Of a stretch of DNA of 64,000 nucleotides, positions 39,923-49,797 are shown piece by piece. Position 1 is the first letter of the stretch; the number at the start of each line of letters is the position of its first letter. The position numbers and the translations under genes are program-made. The notes under the pieces are model-generated. The model was not told the DNA's origin and made no database searches. It saw only the letters and a list, made by a program, of their open reading frames with translations. Origin of the DNA: Planctomycetota bacterium (GTDB lineage: Bacteria; Planctomycetota; B15-G4; JADJEK01); NCBI GenBank assembly GCA_044225365.1, contig JBGAIQ010000025.1, forward strand, positions 1 through 64,000, written 5' to 3'.

Positions 39923-40768
39923 ATGTACCCGATGATCCCGTTGACCATCGCAGGCTCCGATCCTACTGCGGGGGCGGGCATCGAAGCGGACCTCCTCACC
40001 TTTGCGCGCTTCGGTCTCCACGGCGCGGCGGTAGCGACCGCGCTCACCGAACAGGACACCAAGACCGTGAGAGCGGTGAATCCCGTGGCGCCCGCCGCGC
40101 TCCGTCGCCGCCTGGTCACTCTGCTGCGCGATGTGTCCGTCGCCGGAGCAAAGACCGGACTGATCCCGAGCGCGACGCACGTGCGTGTGATCGCACGGGT
40201 CTTTCGCGAGGCGCCGCCGAAGTATTTGGTCGTCGATCCGATCGTCGGGGCGACGCACGGGAAGCGCTTCCTCGACCGCGCGGCGATCAAAGCGCTGCGC
40301 GACGAGTTGCTGCCACTCGCGACCGTGCTCACGCCCAACCTGCCGGAAGCCGCGGCATTGCTCGGATGGACCGAGTCCCGCGTCGTCCGGTCGCCCGAGA
40401 AAGCGTGCCTCCATCTTCGAGCGCTCGGCGTGCGCGCCATCGTGCTGAAGGGTGGACACGCGAAGGACTCCGCCGTCTCGACGGACGTACTCGACGATTC
40501 CGGTCGCCTGCATCATTTCAAGGCCGCGCGCCTCGGCGGCGACGTCCACGGCACGGGATGCGCGTTCTCCGCCGCGCTCCTCGCCGCGCTCTGCGAGTCG
40601 CCGCGTTTCCTGCAGCAGAGTGATCGCGAACTCGAATACGCGACGAGCATCGCCAAGGATTACGTCACGGGTGCGATCCACTTCGCATCACAGATCGGGT
40701 CGGGTCGATTGCGCCTCGGCATCGTGCTCGATGCTTCGGATCGCGAGCGAGAGGACATCGCTCAGTAA
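39923..40768 (+). CDS. thiD: Hydroxymethylpyrimidine/phosphomethylpyrimidine kinase
   Basis: LTIAGSDPTAGAGIEAD, TPNLPEA, LKGGH, HGTGCAFS. Confidence 0.93.
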   Translation: MYPMIPLTIAGSDPTAGAGIEADLLTFARFGLHGAAVATALTEQDTKTVRAVNPVAPAALRRRLVTLLRDVSVAGAKTGLIPSATHVRVIARVFREAPPKYLVVDPIVGATHGKRFLDRAAIKALRDELLPLATVLTPNLPEAAALLGWTESRVVRSPEKACLHLRALGVRAIVLKGGHAKDSAVSTDVLDDSGRLHHFKAARLGGDVHGTGCAFSAALLAALCESPRFLQQSDRELEYATSIAKDYVTGAIHFASQIGSGRLRLGIVLDASDREREDIAQ

Positions 40769-41658
40769 CCCGCGGACCTCAGGAGTTCCGCTGCGAGTTC
40801 GACCTCGCGCGGAGCAAACCGCGAGTCGACCTCCATCACGAAGGGCACCCTCGACGGCAACACGTCGCGCAACGCTTTGAAGTCGATCTCGCCGCTCCCC
40901 GGCGGCAGGTGCGTGTCGACGCCCGCGATGTCGTGGAGACTCACGCCGACGATGCGCGACGCGTGATCGCCCGCGAATTGATCCTTCGCCGCGAGTCCGG
41001 CCTTCTCGTGAAGACGGGCCACGCCGGCGTCGTGCCAGTACCCGACACCGCGCCCCTTCAGTTCGTCGAGGAGGAGGCCGAGGGCGCGCAGGTTCGGGAA
41101 ACCCGCGAACGAATCCGGCGTCGCGATCGCGAAGCGGATCTCAGGTTCGGCAACGCAGAGGTCGAACAGATTGCGGCACGCTCGTTCGAGATCCGGTTCG
41201 AGCCGTTTCTCGATGTCGTGGGCCAGCGCTTTGCCGAGTCGTTCGGTCTCGGCGTCGACACCGTGGGCGGTGAGCCGCCCGCGCAATTCGGCGTCGCGAT
41301 CCTTCCCGCGCTCGAGGGCGTGTTCGCCGAGATGCAGCACGACGATCGGAGAGCGCACCGCCTTCGCCATTGCCGCGGCGCGCAGGATGGCGCGGCGGGC
41401 GGCGCCGACGGTTTCACGGTTCGCCGCGAGGAGCGACGGCGCCGCGTCCCCGTCTTTCTCGATCGCGAATCGCGTCTCGACCGCAACGACGCGAGACCCT
41501 GCCGGTTGTAGGAGCGACACCAACTCGTCCGCTGCCGGTTGGGGTACCGCGTCGGAAAGGCCGCAGTCGCGCACGCCGACCTTGCGCATCATCGAGAGCA
41601 ATGACGACGCGGAGAACGGACGGCGACCGAGGTAGCGAGTCGACAGCGCGAGAGTCAT
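40762..41658 (-). CDS. Sugar-phosphate isomerase/epimerase-like TIM-barrel protein
   Basis: YWHDAG, SLHD, HLPPGSGEIDF and VMEV motifs. Confidence 0.8.
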   Translation of the reverse strand: MTLALSTRYLGRRPFSASSLLSMMRKVGVRDCGLSDAVPQPAADELVSLLQPAGSRVVAVETRFAIEKDGDAAPSLLAANRETVGAARRAILRAAAMAKAVRSPIVVLHLGEHALERGKDRDAELRGRLTAHGVDAETERLGKALAHDIEKRLEPDLERACRNLFDLCVAEPEIRFAIATPDSFAGFPNLRALGLLLDELKGRGVGYWHDAGVARLHEKAGLAAKDQFAGDHASRIVGVSLHDIAGVDTHLPPGSGEIDFKALRDVLPSRVPFVMEVDSRFAPREVELAAELLRSAGY

Positions 41659-41662
41659 CTTT

Positions 41663-41740
41663 GGACCGCCGGGCTCTGCCCGGCAAACGGTATGGGGTGG
41701 TATGGAATGGTCTGAGTCGGACCGCCGGGCTCCGCCCGGC
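41663..41740. repeat. Two REP-like palindromes GGACCGCCGGGCTC(T/C)GCCCGGC
   Basis: Copies at 41663-41684 and 41719-41740; same family as 70-91, 56625-56961 and 60543-60640. Confidence 0.8.
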
Positions 41741-41960
41741 ATTCGTGTAGAGAACTCCAGATTAGAAAGACTTTACGTTCCACTCGAAGCTTCAGAACCA
41801 AAAGACGTATCCAACACCGCCTCATCTCCGAACGTTTTCGTAGAATCGAAAGTCTCGCCGCCTGATCCCCCTCCGGCGAGCCGCCGCGCGGCAACGCGCT
41901 GGCGCCCTGGAAAACGCGAACACCTGACACCTTGAAAGAGGATTACGGAGCATCTCTCCC

Positions 41961-44234
41961 ATGCGAACCCTTGCGAAGAGCTTGATCCCCATGTTGCTCG
42001 TGACGGCGCTCGCGGCGACCGCGCGCGCGGAAGGCGGCTATCTCGGCGTCACCATCAACGACGCCGAAGGCGGGATCCAGATCCTGACGGTCCGAGACGC
42101 GTCGGCCGCCGCGGCCGCCGGTGTGAAGTCCGGCGATGTCGTACAGGCGATCGGTGAGACGAAGATCGCGAACCTCGACGACTTCCAGAAGCAGCTCGCC
42201 AAGCTCTCCGCGGGCGACAAGATCACCCTCAAGGTGAAACGCGGCGAGGCCAACGAGACCTTCGAAGTCACCCTCGGAAAGCGCCCGGGCGAGAGCGTCG
42301 CGACGACGACGACCGTGTCCAGCGAGCCCAAGGCGGCCCATTCCGGAAACGCGATTCCGGCGACTCCGCTCATCGCGGCTCCGGTCGAACCCGCCCCTGC
42401 GCAGGCCCCGGCCGCTCCCGCTCCTCCGGCAAAAACGGGCGGATCGATCACGAGCAACGTAAGCCTCAAGGCCGCGCCGGGTGGCGCGGGGCTCGGTATT
42501 TCGACCGCCACCGCGGCGCCGCCGCGCAAGGGCGGATTCCTCGGCGTCACCCTCGAAGGTGGTGACGGCGCGGACAACACGATCTCGTCGGTCGTCGACG
42601 GCGGCCCCGCCGCCAAAGCCGGCATCAGCAACGGCGATCAGATCGTTGCGATCGATGGCAAGACCGTCGCGAGCGCGAGCGACATCAGCGGCTACCTCGC
42701 GACGAAGCAGGCCGGCGATTCGGTCGAGATCACGGTGATGCGCGACGGCAAGCGCAAGCTGCGGACGGCGACACTCGCCGCTTATGGCAAGATCGGTTTC
42801 GCTGCGGGCCCGGGCAACACCGTGGGCGGGATTCAGCTCTCCGCGCCGGCCGAGGTGCCTGAGAAGGCCAGTGACAACGAGAAACCCAAGACCGCTGCGG
42901 GCGGCATGCGCGCAAAGCGCGCCGAGAATGCGAACAAGGCCACGGCATCCAAGAAGTCCGGCGGTCGCGGCTGGCTCGGTGTCATGCTCGAGGGCAACGA
43001 CGGCGCTCCGATCGTCTCGGAGCCGACCGAGAACAGCCCCGCGGCGAACGCCGGGATCAAGGCCGGAGACGCGATCGTCCAGGTCGGCGACCAGCAGATC
43101 GAGAGCACCGAAGATCTGCTCGCAGCGCTCGACGGCAAGGCGGGCCAGGACGTCGCCGTCGTCGTGAAGCGCGGCGGAGCGACGAAGAAGTTCGGGATCA
43201 CGCTGGGCGACGTCCCCGCCGAGCACGCGGTGGCGGAAGCCAACGAACCGAATGAACCCATGCCGAAGGCGACACCGAAGGCGAAGATGGATGCCACGGT
43301 GAAAGCGGCCCACGAAAGCACGGAGCGCGCGATCAAGGCGGCGAACGAAGACGCTTTGAAGGCGAAGAAGCGGGTCGACGAGCAGGTCGCGAAGGCCCGC
43401 GAGGAAGCGAAGATGGTTCGCGAACAGGCCGCCGAAGCGCGCGAGAAGGCCGCGAAGGCGCGCGCCGAGATTCGCGACCGAGTGGGCAAGGGAGCGCCGG
43501 CGGAATCGACGGCGACGACCGAGCGTTCGCGCTGGTTCTTCCCGATCGGCAAGGAGCTCCCGCTCCGTGTCGAGAAGAAGAAGGGCGACATCTGGATCAC
43601 CACGGGCGCCGGCTCGCAGGGCATCCTGGTGCCGCAGGACGGCAGCACGAGCGTCACCCTCGAAGCGAAGGGCGACGGAGTCGAGGTCGTCGTCGGCGGA
43701 GGCCAAACCGCTGGCGAGGTCCACACGTTCACGTTCAGCCCCGAGATGGGCAAGAGCGGGGACGGCAAGTCGTTCTTCAAGGTCGAGATCCCGAGCGTCG
43801 GTGACGCGAAGGTGATGACCCGTCACAAGGACGACGACGACGATGATGACGACGACGCGGACGATGACGATGACGACCATGAGCACGGCCACACCGATCA
43901 CGGAATGGCTCACGGCAACGGCGTCTTCGTCCTCGGCGGCGGCGACATTCCCCATCACGAGATCGTCGTCGAGAAGGGCCACGACCTCGTCGTTCCGCAT
44001 CCGCCGGTCGCGGGCGGCGGCGGCATCATCATCAACAACAACGGCGGCACGGTGATCATCGGCGACTCGGCGATCAAGCTCCGCGCTGCGCATGGCGGCG
44101 AGAAGCGAATCGACGTGCTCATGAAGGACGGCGACGCCGACGCCAAAATGAAGACGCTGAAGGAACTCGGCTACATCGGCGAGAAGGCCGAGAAGAAGGC
44201 GAAGAAAGCCGAGAAGAAGAAGGACAGCAACTGA
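41961..44234 (+). CDS. Secreted triple-PDZ protein with Ala/Lys coiled region and Asp/His-rich tract
   Basis: Signal peptide; GYLGV, GFLGV and GWLGV each followed by a (P/A)A..AG(I/V)..GD.(I/V) motif; poly-Asp then HEHGHTDHG; no protease domain seen. Confidence 0.88.
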   Translation: MRTLAKSLIPMLLVTALAATARAEGGYLGVTINDAEGGIQILTVRDASAAAAAGVKSGDVVQAIGETKIANLDDFQKQLAKLSAGDKITLKVKRGEANETFEVTLGKRPGESVATTTTVSSEPKAAHSGNAIPATPLIAAPVEPAPAQAPAAPAPPAKTGGSITSNVSLKAAPGGAGLGISTATAAPPRKGGFLGVTLEGGDGADNTISSVVDGGPAAKAGISNGDQIVAIDGKTVASASDISGYLATKQAGDSVEITVMRDGKRKLRTATLAAYGKIGFAAGPGNTVGGIQLSAPAEVPEKASDNEKPKTAAGGMRAKRAENANKATASKKSGGRGWLGVMLEGNDGAPIVSEPTENSPAANAGIKAGDAIVQVGDQQIESTEDLLAALDGKAGQDVAVVVKRGGATKKFGITLGDVPAEHAVAEANEPNEPMPKATPKAKMDATVKAAHESTERAIKAANEDALKAKKRVDEQVAKAREEAKMVREQAAEAREKAAKARAEIRDRVGKGAPAESTATTERSRWFFPIGKELPLRVEKKKGDIWITTGAGSQGILVPQDGSTSVTLEAKGDGVEVVVGGGQTAGEVHTFTFSPEMGKSGDGKSFFKVEIPSVGDAKVMTRHKDDDDDDDDDADDDDDDHEHGHTDHGMAHGNGVFVLGGGDIPHHEIVVEKGHDLVVPHPPVAGGGGIIINNNGGTVIIGDSAIKLRAAHGGEKRIDVLMKDGDADAKMKTLKELGYIGEKAEKKAKKAEKKKDSN

Positions 44235-44266
44235 CCCACGTCTTCGAGTTCTCCGTCAAGACACGA

Positions 44267-44301
44267 AACGGCGGCGCTCCCCTTGCGGGAACGCCGCCGT
44301 T
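44267..44301. terminator. Hairpin between convergent genes (likely bidirectional terminator)
   Basis: AACGGCGGCG...CGCCGCCGTT inverted repeat. Confidence 0.65.
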
Positions 44302-44334
44302 CTCATGGATCGAATGGGAGTACGAGCTCGATCG

Positions 44335-45078
44335 CTATGGCTTGCGTAGCACGGCTGCGCGCGCTGCCGTCGCCTCGGCGCCATGCCACAGTTCGTCGAA
44401 GCGCCACCGACTCGCGGGATAGCCGGGCCGATACGGATCCACGTAACGCGCGCGCAGCTCTTTCTTCTGCACCGCGAAGCCCGGAGTGGGAGATGCCATC
44501 CACGCGCGAGCGACTTCGGAAGCACGCGTTTGGAGTCGTTCGGGATCGACGAGTTCGTCGAGCAGCCCGATCGACTGGGCGGTCGCGGGATCGTAGAGCT
44601 CGGCGCCGAGCACGATCTTGTGCACCTGAGTGGGCGTCAGCAGCGCTCGCAGGATGTCGAGAACGATCGACGGACAGTTCACGCCGATTCGCACTTCGTT
44701 CGTTCCAACCTTGTAGGCACCCGTCGCGGCGATCCGATGGTCCGCGGCGGCCGCGAGGATGCATCCGCCCGCGACGGCGTTGCCGTTGACCGCTGCGACG
44801 ACGGGCGCGGGGAAGAAGAACAGGCGCGAGAACACTTCCTCGAACGTCACCAGGAAGCGCTCGAACTCCACCGACGAGAGCGCGGAAACCGCATTCAGGT
44901 CGAGTCCCGCGCAGAAATGGCGACCGCTGCCCGTGAGCACGAGCCCACGCGCGCCCGCCTTCTCGACCTCGGCGAGCGCCGCGCCGAGCGCTTGGATCAG
45001 GGCGGGCGAGATCGCGTTCGCTTTGCCCTCGTCCATCTCGATCGTCGCCAACTGATCGTTCGCAACCTGTATTCGCAT
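44335..45078 (-). CDS. Enoyl-CoA hydratase/isomerase family protein
   Basis: FCAGLDL, PVVAAVNGNAVAGGC, NEVRIG. Confidence 0.92.
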   Translation of the reverse strand: MRIQVANDQLATIEMDEGKANAISPALIQALGAALAEVEKAGARGLVLTGSGRHFCAGLDLNAVSALSSVEFERFLVTFEEVFSRLFFFPAPVVAAVNGNAVAGGCILAAAADHRIAATGAYKVGTNEVRIGVNCPSIVLDILRALLTPTQVHKIVLGAELYDPATAQSIGLLDELVDPERLQTRASEVARAWMASPTPGFAVQKKELRARYVDPYRPGYPASRWRFDELWHGAEATAARAAVLRKP

Positions 45079-45111
45079 GAGACCTCGCTCGTTTGCCTCG
45101 TCGACAGACGT

Positions 45112-46563
45112 TCAGACTCGGACTTCGCCCTTCGCCGCGAGCCGATGCGCGTGGCGACGAACGACCGGGTCGACTTCTTCGCGCACGAATTCCTCGACCT
45201 GTTCCTTGCTGCGACCGATGAATCGCTCCGGGCGCGACAGCTCGGGAAGGAGCGAATGCACCGAGCGGAATTTGGTGTCGCCACGAATGCGCTCGAACAG
45301 ATCGTTCGGCCGGCCGGCTTTCGTCTCCTCGGCGGCCGCGATCGAATGCACGCGAATCGACTCGTGCATTTCCTGTCGATCGCCGCCGAGCTTGGTCGCC
45401 GCCATCATCAGCTCTTCGGTCGCCATGAACGGGAGTTCGCGCGCCACGTGGCTCTCGATCTGCGCTTCGTGGACGACGAGGCCCGAGCAAACGTTGAGCA
45501 AGGTCTGGAGCAGTCCGTCCGTCGCGAGGAACGCCTCGGGGATCGAGAGCCGGCGATTGGCGGAGTCGTCGAGCGTCCGTTCGAGCCATTGATTCATCGC
45601 GGTCTGCGCCGCGGAATCGACGAGCGAAGTGACGAATCGCGCGAGCGAGCAGATGCGCTCCGACCGCATCGGATTGCGCTTGTACGCCATCGCCGACGAT
45701 CCGATCTGGTGCTTCTCGAAGGGCTCCTCGACCTCGCGCTCGTGCGCGAGCAGTCGCAGATCCGTCGCGAACTTCGACGCCGAAACCGCCACGCCGGCGA
45801 GTGCCGCGAGGATCTCGAAGTCGAGCTTGCGCGAGTAGGTTTGGCCCGTGACGCCGTAGCACCTCGAGAAGCCCATCGCTCTCGCGACGCGATTCTCGAG
45901 TTCGCGAACCTTCTCGTGATCGCCGTCGAACAATGCGAGGAACGACGCCTGCGTGCCCGTCGTGCCCTTCACGCCGCGCAGCCTCATCTCGTCCTTCACG
46001 CGCTCGAGATTCTTCACGTCGTCGAGGAGGTCCTGGATCCAGAGGCAGGCGCGCTTACCGACGGTCGTGAGCTGAGCCGGCTGGAAGTGGGTGTACGCGA
46101 CGCACGGCAGAGCTCGTCGCTCGAGCGCAAACCCCCGCAGCCGATCGATCGCCGCGACGAGCGGTGTGAGGAGCAGATCGAGCGCCTCCCGCATCAACAC
46201 CTGGTCCCCGTTGTCGGTGACGAAGCAGCTCGTGGCCCCGAGATGAAGGATCGGTTTCGCCTTCGGCGCGACGTGCCCGAACGCGTGGACGTGCGCCATC
46301 ACGTCGTGGCGGAACTTGCGCTCGTAGTCGTCCGCGAGCTGCAGGTCGATGTCGTCCTGATGCGCTTCGGCATCGGCGATCTGCTCGCTCGTGATCGGCA
46401 ATCCGAGTTCGTGCTGCGCCTTCGCGAGCGCGACCCACAAGCGTCGCCATTCGCGGACCCGACGAGTCGGGGAGAACACAGCGGACATCGGGGCGCTCGC
46501 GTAGCGCGCGAGCGGACTCTCGTATCGCTCGGGGCGTTCGGACTTCTCTCGTTGTTCGGTCAT
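45112..46563 (-). CDS. purB: Adenylosuccinate lyase
   Basis: RHDVMAH, HLGATS, THFQPAQ, GSSAMAYKRNP. Confidence 0.97.
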   Translation of the reverse strand: MTEQREKSERPERYESPLARYASAPMSAVFSPTRRVREWRRLWVALAKAQHELGLPITSEQIADAEAHQDDIDLQLADDYERKFRHDVMAHVHAFGHVAPKAKPILHLGATSCFVTDNGDQVLMREALDLLLTPLVAAIDRLRGFALERRALPCVAYTHFQPAQLTTVGKRACLWIQDLLDDVKNLERVKDEMRLRGVKGTTGTQASFLALFDGDHEKVRELENRVARAMGFSRCYGVTGQTYSRKLDFEILAALAGVAVSASKFATDLRLLAHEREVEEPFEKHQIGSSAMAYKRNPMRSERICSLARFVTSLVDSAAQTAMNQWLERTLDDSANRRLSIPEAFLATDGLLQTLLNVCSGLVVHEAQIESHVARELPFMATEELMMAATKLGGDRQEMHESIRVHSIAAAEETKAGRPNDLFERIRGDTKFRSVHSLLPELSRPERFIGRSKEQVEEFVREEVDPVVRRHAHRLAAKGEVRV

Positions 46564-48560
46564 CTTCGCAATGTACCCAAACGCGCGGGTCGGTTCACGC
46601 CTGCGGCGGGTTGCTCACGAGTTCTCGAGTCGTCGCTCCGAGCGACTTTGAATCGCGCCTCACGACGCCCCGGATCGATGCCTTCGACCTCGACTTCGAG
46701 TCGATCTCCAACCCTGCGCCGGCTCCTCGACTCGCGCACGAGTCCGCCGATTGCGAGCCCTTCGAGATCGACGAAGAATCCGAACTCGCGAACGGCGACG
46801 ATCGTCGCCGTGTATCGGTCGTGATTCCCCGTGCGCAGTCGATCCGCGAAGTGCGCGAGCAGCTTCACGACCTTGCTCACGCGTTCCGCTGCCGCTGAAT
46901 TGCGCTCGGTCGCGGAGACGTGGTTCGCAATCTCCGACAACTCCGCCTCGGAGGACTTCGACGGCGACGATGCGCCGACGCGGCGAAGCAGACGGTGCAC
47001 CACGAGATCGGCGTAGCGACGGATCGGCGACGTGAAGTGCGTGTAGTGCTCCTTCGCGAGGCCGTAGTGACCGAGGGGCTGCGTCGCGTACCGCGCGCGG
47101 GACATCGCCTTCAGGAACCCAACGCGCAGCAGCGCCCCATCCTGCGATTCACGCAGCCTCGCGAGGAGATCCTGCACCTCCGCGCGCCGGCGGAGATCGC
47201 CGCATCGAATGCGCGACTTCAGCACGGACTCGCGGAACGACGCGATCCGATCGGGCTCCGGTTCTTCGTGGATTCGATGCAGCATGGGCTTCTTCTGCCG
47301 TGCGAGATGCGCGGCCACGGCCTCGTTCGCGAGCAGCATGAACTCCTCGATGAGTCGATGCGCCGAATCGTGAGATGCCGGAGAGACGCGCGACACGCGG
47401 CCCGCCGCATCGAGATGGATCTTCGTCTCGGGCATCTCGAGATCGAATGCGCCACTCGAGAAGCGCCGTCGTCGCATTCGACTCGCGATGCGGTCGGCCG
47501 CGACGAGCATCCGCTCGATGGCGTTCGCTGGTCTTCGCTCGAGTACCTCGCTCACCTCCTCGTAGCTGAACCGACGTTGCGAGCGGATGACCGCGGGATA
47601 GAACTTCGCTCGCTCGACGACTCCGTCGTCCGTGAGCGCGAACTCCACGCAAGACGTGAGTCGATCGACGTTCGGCAGGAGCGAACACAGTCCATTGCTG
47701 AGCGATTCCGGGAGCATCGGAATCACGCGATCGACGAGGTACGTCGAGTTCCCGCGCGACCGGGCCTCACGATCGAGGAGCGATCCTTCCCGCACGTAGT
47801 GCGAGACGTCGGCGATGTGGATCCAGAGCGTCGAGCCGCCCTCGGCACGCGGCTCCAGACAGAATGCGTCATCGAAATCGCGGGCATCCTTGGGGTCGAT
47901 CGTCACGACGCGATGCGAACGACAATCCTCGCGGTGCTCGAGATCGCGGCGCGCGACCGTGCTTCCGCATGCCGTCGCCGCTTCTTCGACCGTCGCGGGG
48001 AACTCGGCAGACAGACCGTATTGCCGTAGGACACAGAGCGTGTCGACCCCCTTCGCATCGGGAGGCCCGAGGATCTCGACGATCCGGCCGGCGACGGACG
48101 CCGCGCGCTCCACGATCTCGACGACGACCTTTACGCCAAGCTGATCGCGAAGATCGAATCGCTGTGGATCGACCAATTCGATCGCGAACGGGGCGCCGGG
48201 ATCGTCGAGCGACACTTGGAAGCGCTTGTCTTCCCGCCGCAGGGTTCCGACGTGACGCGATCGGTTGCGAGCGAGGACGCGCACGACTTGCGCCGTGCAC
48301 TCCGGACCTGGGTTCCGGCGCGGCGGGATGGATCTCGTTTCGGCCGCGAGGAGTCGAACCGCGACGCGATCGCCGTCGAGCGCGGTCGCCGTCTTGCCGC
48401 TCGGAACGACGATCTTGGGGTGACCCGATGTTTCCGGGACGAGGAAGGCGCGACCGCTCGGGGCGATCTTGAGGACGCCGACGATGTGTTCGGCGGAGGA
48501 GTCGGGGTTCGCGCGAGGGAGATGAAGGGAGGGATCTCTACGAGTCTTGGACGAAGGCAT
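46560..48560 (-). CDS. rnr: Ribonuclease R (RNB family)
   Basis: TIDPKDARDFDDA, HIADVSHYV, IEEFMLLAN, HFTSPIRRYADL; short S1-like tail. Start is uncertain. Confidence 0.9.
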   Translation of the reverse strand: MPSSKTRRDPSLHLPRANPDSSAEHIVGVLKIAPSGRAFLVPETSGHPKIVVPSGKTATALDGDRVAVRLLAAETRSIPPRRNPGPECTAQVVRVLARNRSRHVGTLRREDKRFQVSLDDPGAPFAIELVDPQRFDLRDQLGVKVVVEIVERAASVAGRIVEILGPPDAKGVDTLCVLRQYGLSAEFPATVEEAATACGSTVARRDLEHREDCRSHRVVTIDPKDARDFDDAFCLEPRAEGGSTLWIHIADVSHYVREGSLLDREARSRGNSTYLVDRVIPMLPESLSNGLCSLLPNVDRLTSCVEFALTDDGVVERAKFYPAVIRSQRRFSYEEVSEVLERRPANAIERMLVAADRIASRMRRRRFSSGAFDLEMPETKIHLDAAGRVSRVSPASHDSAHRLIEEFMLLANEAVAAHLARQKKPMLHRIHEEPEPDRIASFRESVLKSRIRCGDLRRRAEVQDLLARLRESQDGALLRVGFLKAMSRARYATQPLGHYGLAKEHYTHFTSPIRRYADLVVHRLLRRVGASSPSKSSEAELSEIANHVSATERNSAAAERVSKVVKLLAHFADRLRTGNHDRYTATIVAVREFGFFVDLEGLAIGGLVRESRSRRRVGDRLEVEVEGIDPGRREARFKVARSDDSRTREQPAAGVNRPARLGTLRR

Positions 48561-48863
48561 GCAGGGAGTCGAAGGCGGAACGGGGTTCCGGGTTCTTCGC
48601 GGAGTCTTTCGGATGTGGGGAGTGCGCGAGACATCGCGCGGAATGGGATCGAATGCGAGAGCGCCCGACCATCGGGCGAGGGAAACCGACACGTCGTCGG
48701 CGATTCTTATTGAGTTCTTCCCGAGTGCGCCGACGGTTCCCTATCGGAGGCCGTGGCGATCGATCTGAAGGGAGGGATCGCGACGATGCCAATCTCATGG
48801 CTGCGCTGGCAGATCCCTGATTCGCGGCAATCTACCCGATCTTGGCCGTGCGCGCAAGCCGCG

Positions 48864-49355
48864 TCAGCGCGATGCGAATCCCGAACTCGAGAGCGCGAGC
48901 GCGATGCAGGCCGCGACGCCCTTCAGAGCGCGAGCGCGATCTTGCTTCTGCGAGAGGAGCGCATGGATCAAGCACACCGCGGCGGTCGCGCCCGCGAAAT
49001 CCGTGACGAGATCGACGGGATCCGAGGAGCGCATCTTCACGAACGACTGGTGGTATTCGTCCAGCACCGCGAAGCACAGCACGAGGACCACGGAGATCAC
49101 GCGACTGCGCAGTCGCAACTCGAGTCGCTGACCGCCGCGTCCATCGGGAGTGCGCTCGAGCTGCGCGAGCGCGATCCACGCCGACAGAACGGCGAACATC
49201 GGCGCGTGCATCAGGTTGTAGAACATGCGCACGAAGAAACCGGTGCCCGGCAGTTGATTCCCGGGAATGCTCGAGAGCGTCGTGATGATGCCGGCGTGAA
49301 CGATCGCGAGGACGACGAACAGTCGCTTCGGGAGGGCGAAGAATCTCGTGATCAT
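48864..49355 (-). CDS. VanZ-like membrane protein
   Basis: H..MFAVL and DEYHQSFVKMRSSDPVDLVTD. Confidence 0.85.
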   Translation of the reverse strand: MITRFFALPKRLFVVLAIVHAGIITTLSSIPGNQLPGTGFFVRMFYNLMHAPMFAVLSAWIALAQLERTPDGRGGQRLELRLRSRVISVVLVLCFAVLDEYHQSFVKMRSSDPVDLVTDFAGATAAVCLIHALLSQKQDRARALKGVAACIALALSSSGFASR

Positions 49356-49362
49356 GCGCGGC

Positions 49363-49797
49363 TCAGCGTCGCTTCACGAGCACGAGCCGCACGCAGGCCC
49401 CGGGCTCGAATTCGACGCGCACGGAATCGGTCTTCTTTCGGATCAGGAACAGTCCACGGCCGCGCTCGAGATCGAAATCCGGCGGCTCGTCGGTCAACGG
49501 GCTCGCCAACTGGCGTTCGAAGTCCTCGCGATCCGCATCGCTGCACCCGCTTTCGATCCCGATCTCCACGCCATCGCTCGCTGCCCTCGCGTCGAGGTGG
49601 ATCTTGCCGTCGCGGAGGTGACCGTGGTCCATCACGTTGAACATCGCCTCGGACACCGCGAGCGCGAGATCCGCGACGCGCCGCTCGTCGAGACCATGGG
49701 CTCGCGCGTAGCGTTCGATCGCGCTGCGCGCTTCGCGCATCGCCTGAGCTTCGACCGTTACTTCGAACCTCTGGAAGTCGTCCGCCATCGCGATCAC
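49363..49797 (-). CDS. RsbW-like anti-sigma factor / HATPase_c protein
   Basis: LAVSEAMFNVMDHG and ERGRGLFLI; coupled to nadC. Confidence 0.85.
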   Translation of the reverse strand: MIAMADDFQRFEVTVEAQAMREARSAIERYARAHGLDERRVADLALAVSEAMFNVMDHGHLRDGKIHLDARAASDGVEIGIESGCSDADREDFERQLASPLTDEPPDFDLERGRGLFLIRKKTDSVRVEFEPGACVRLVLVKRR

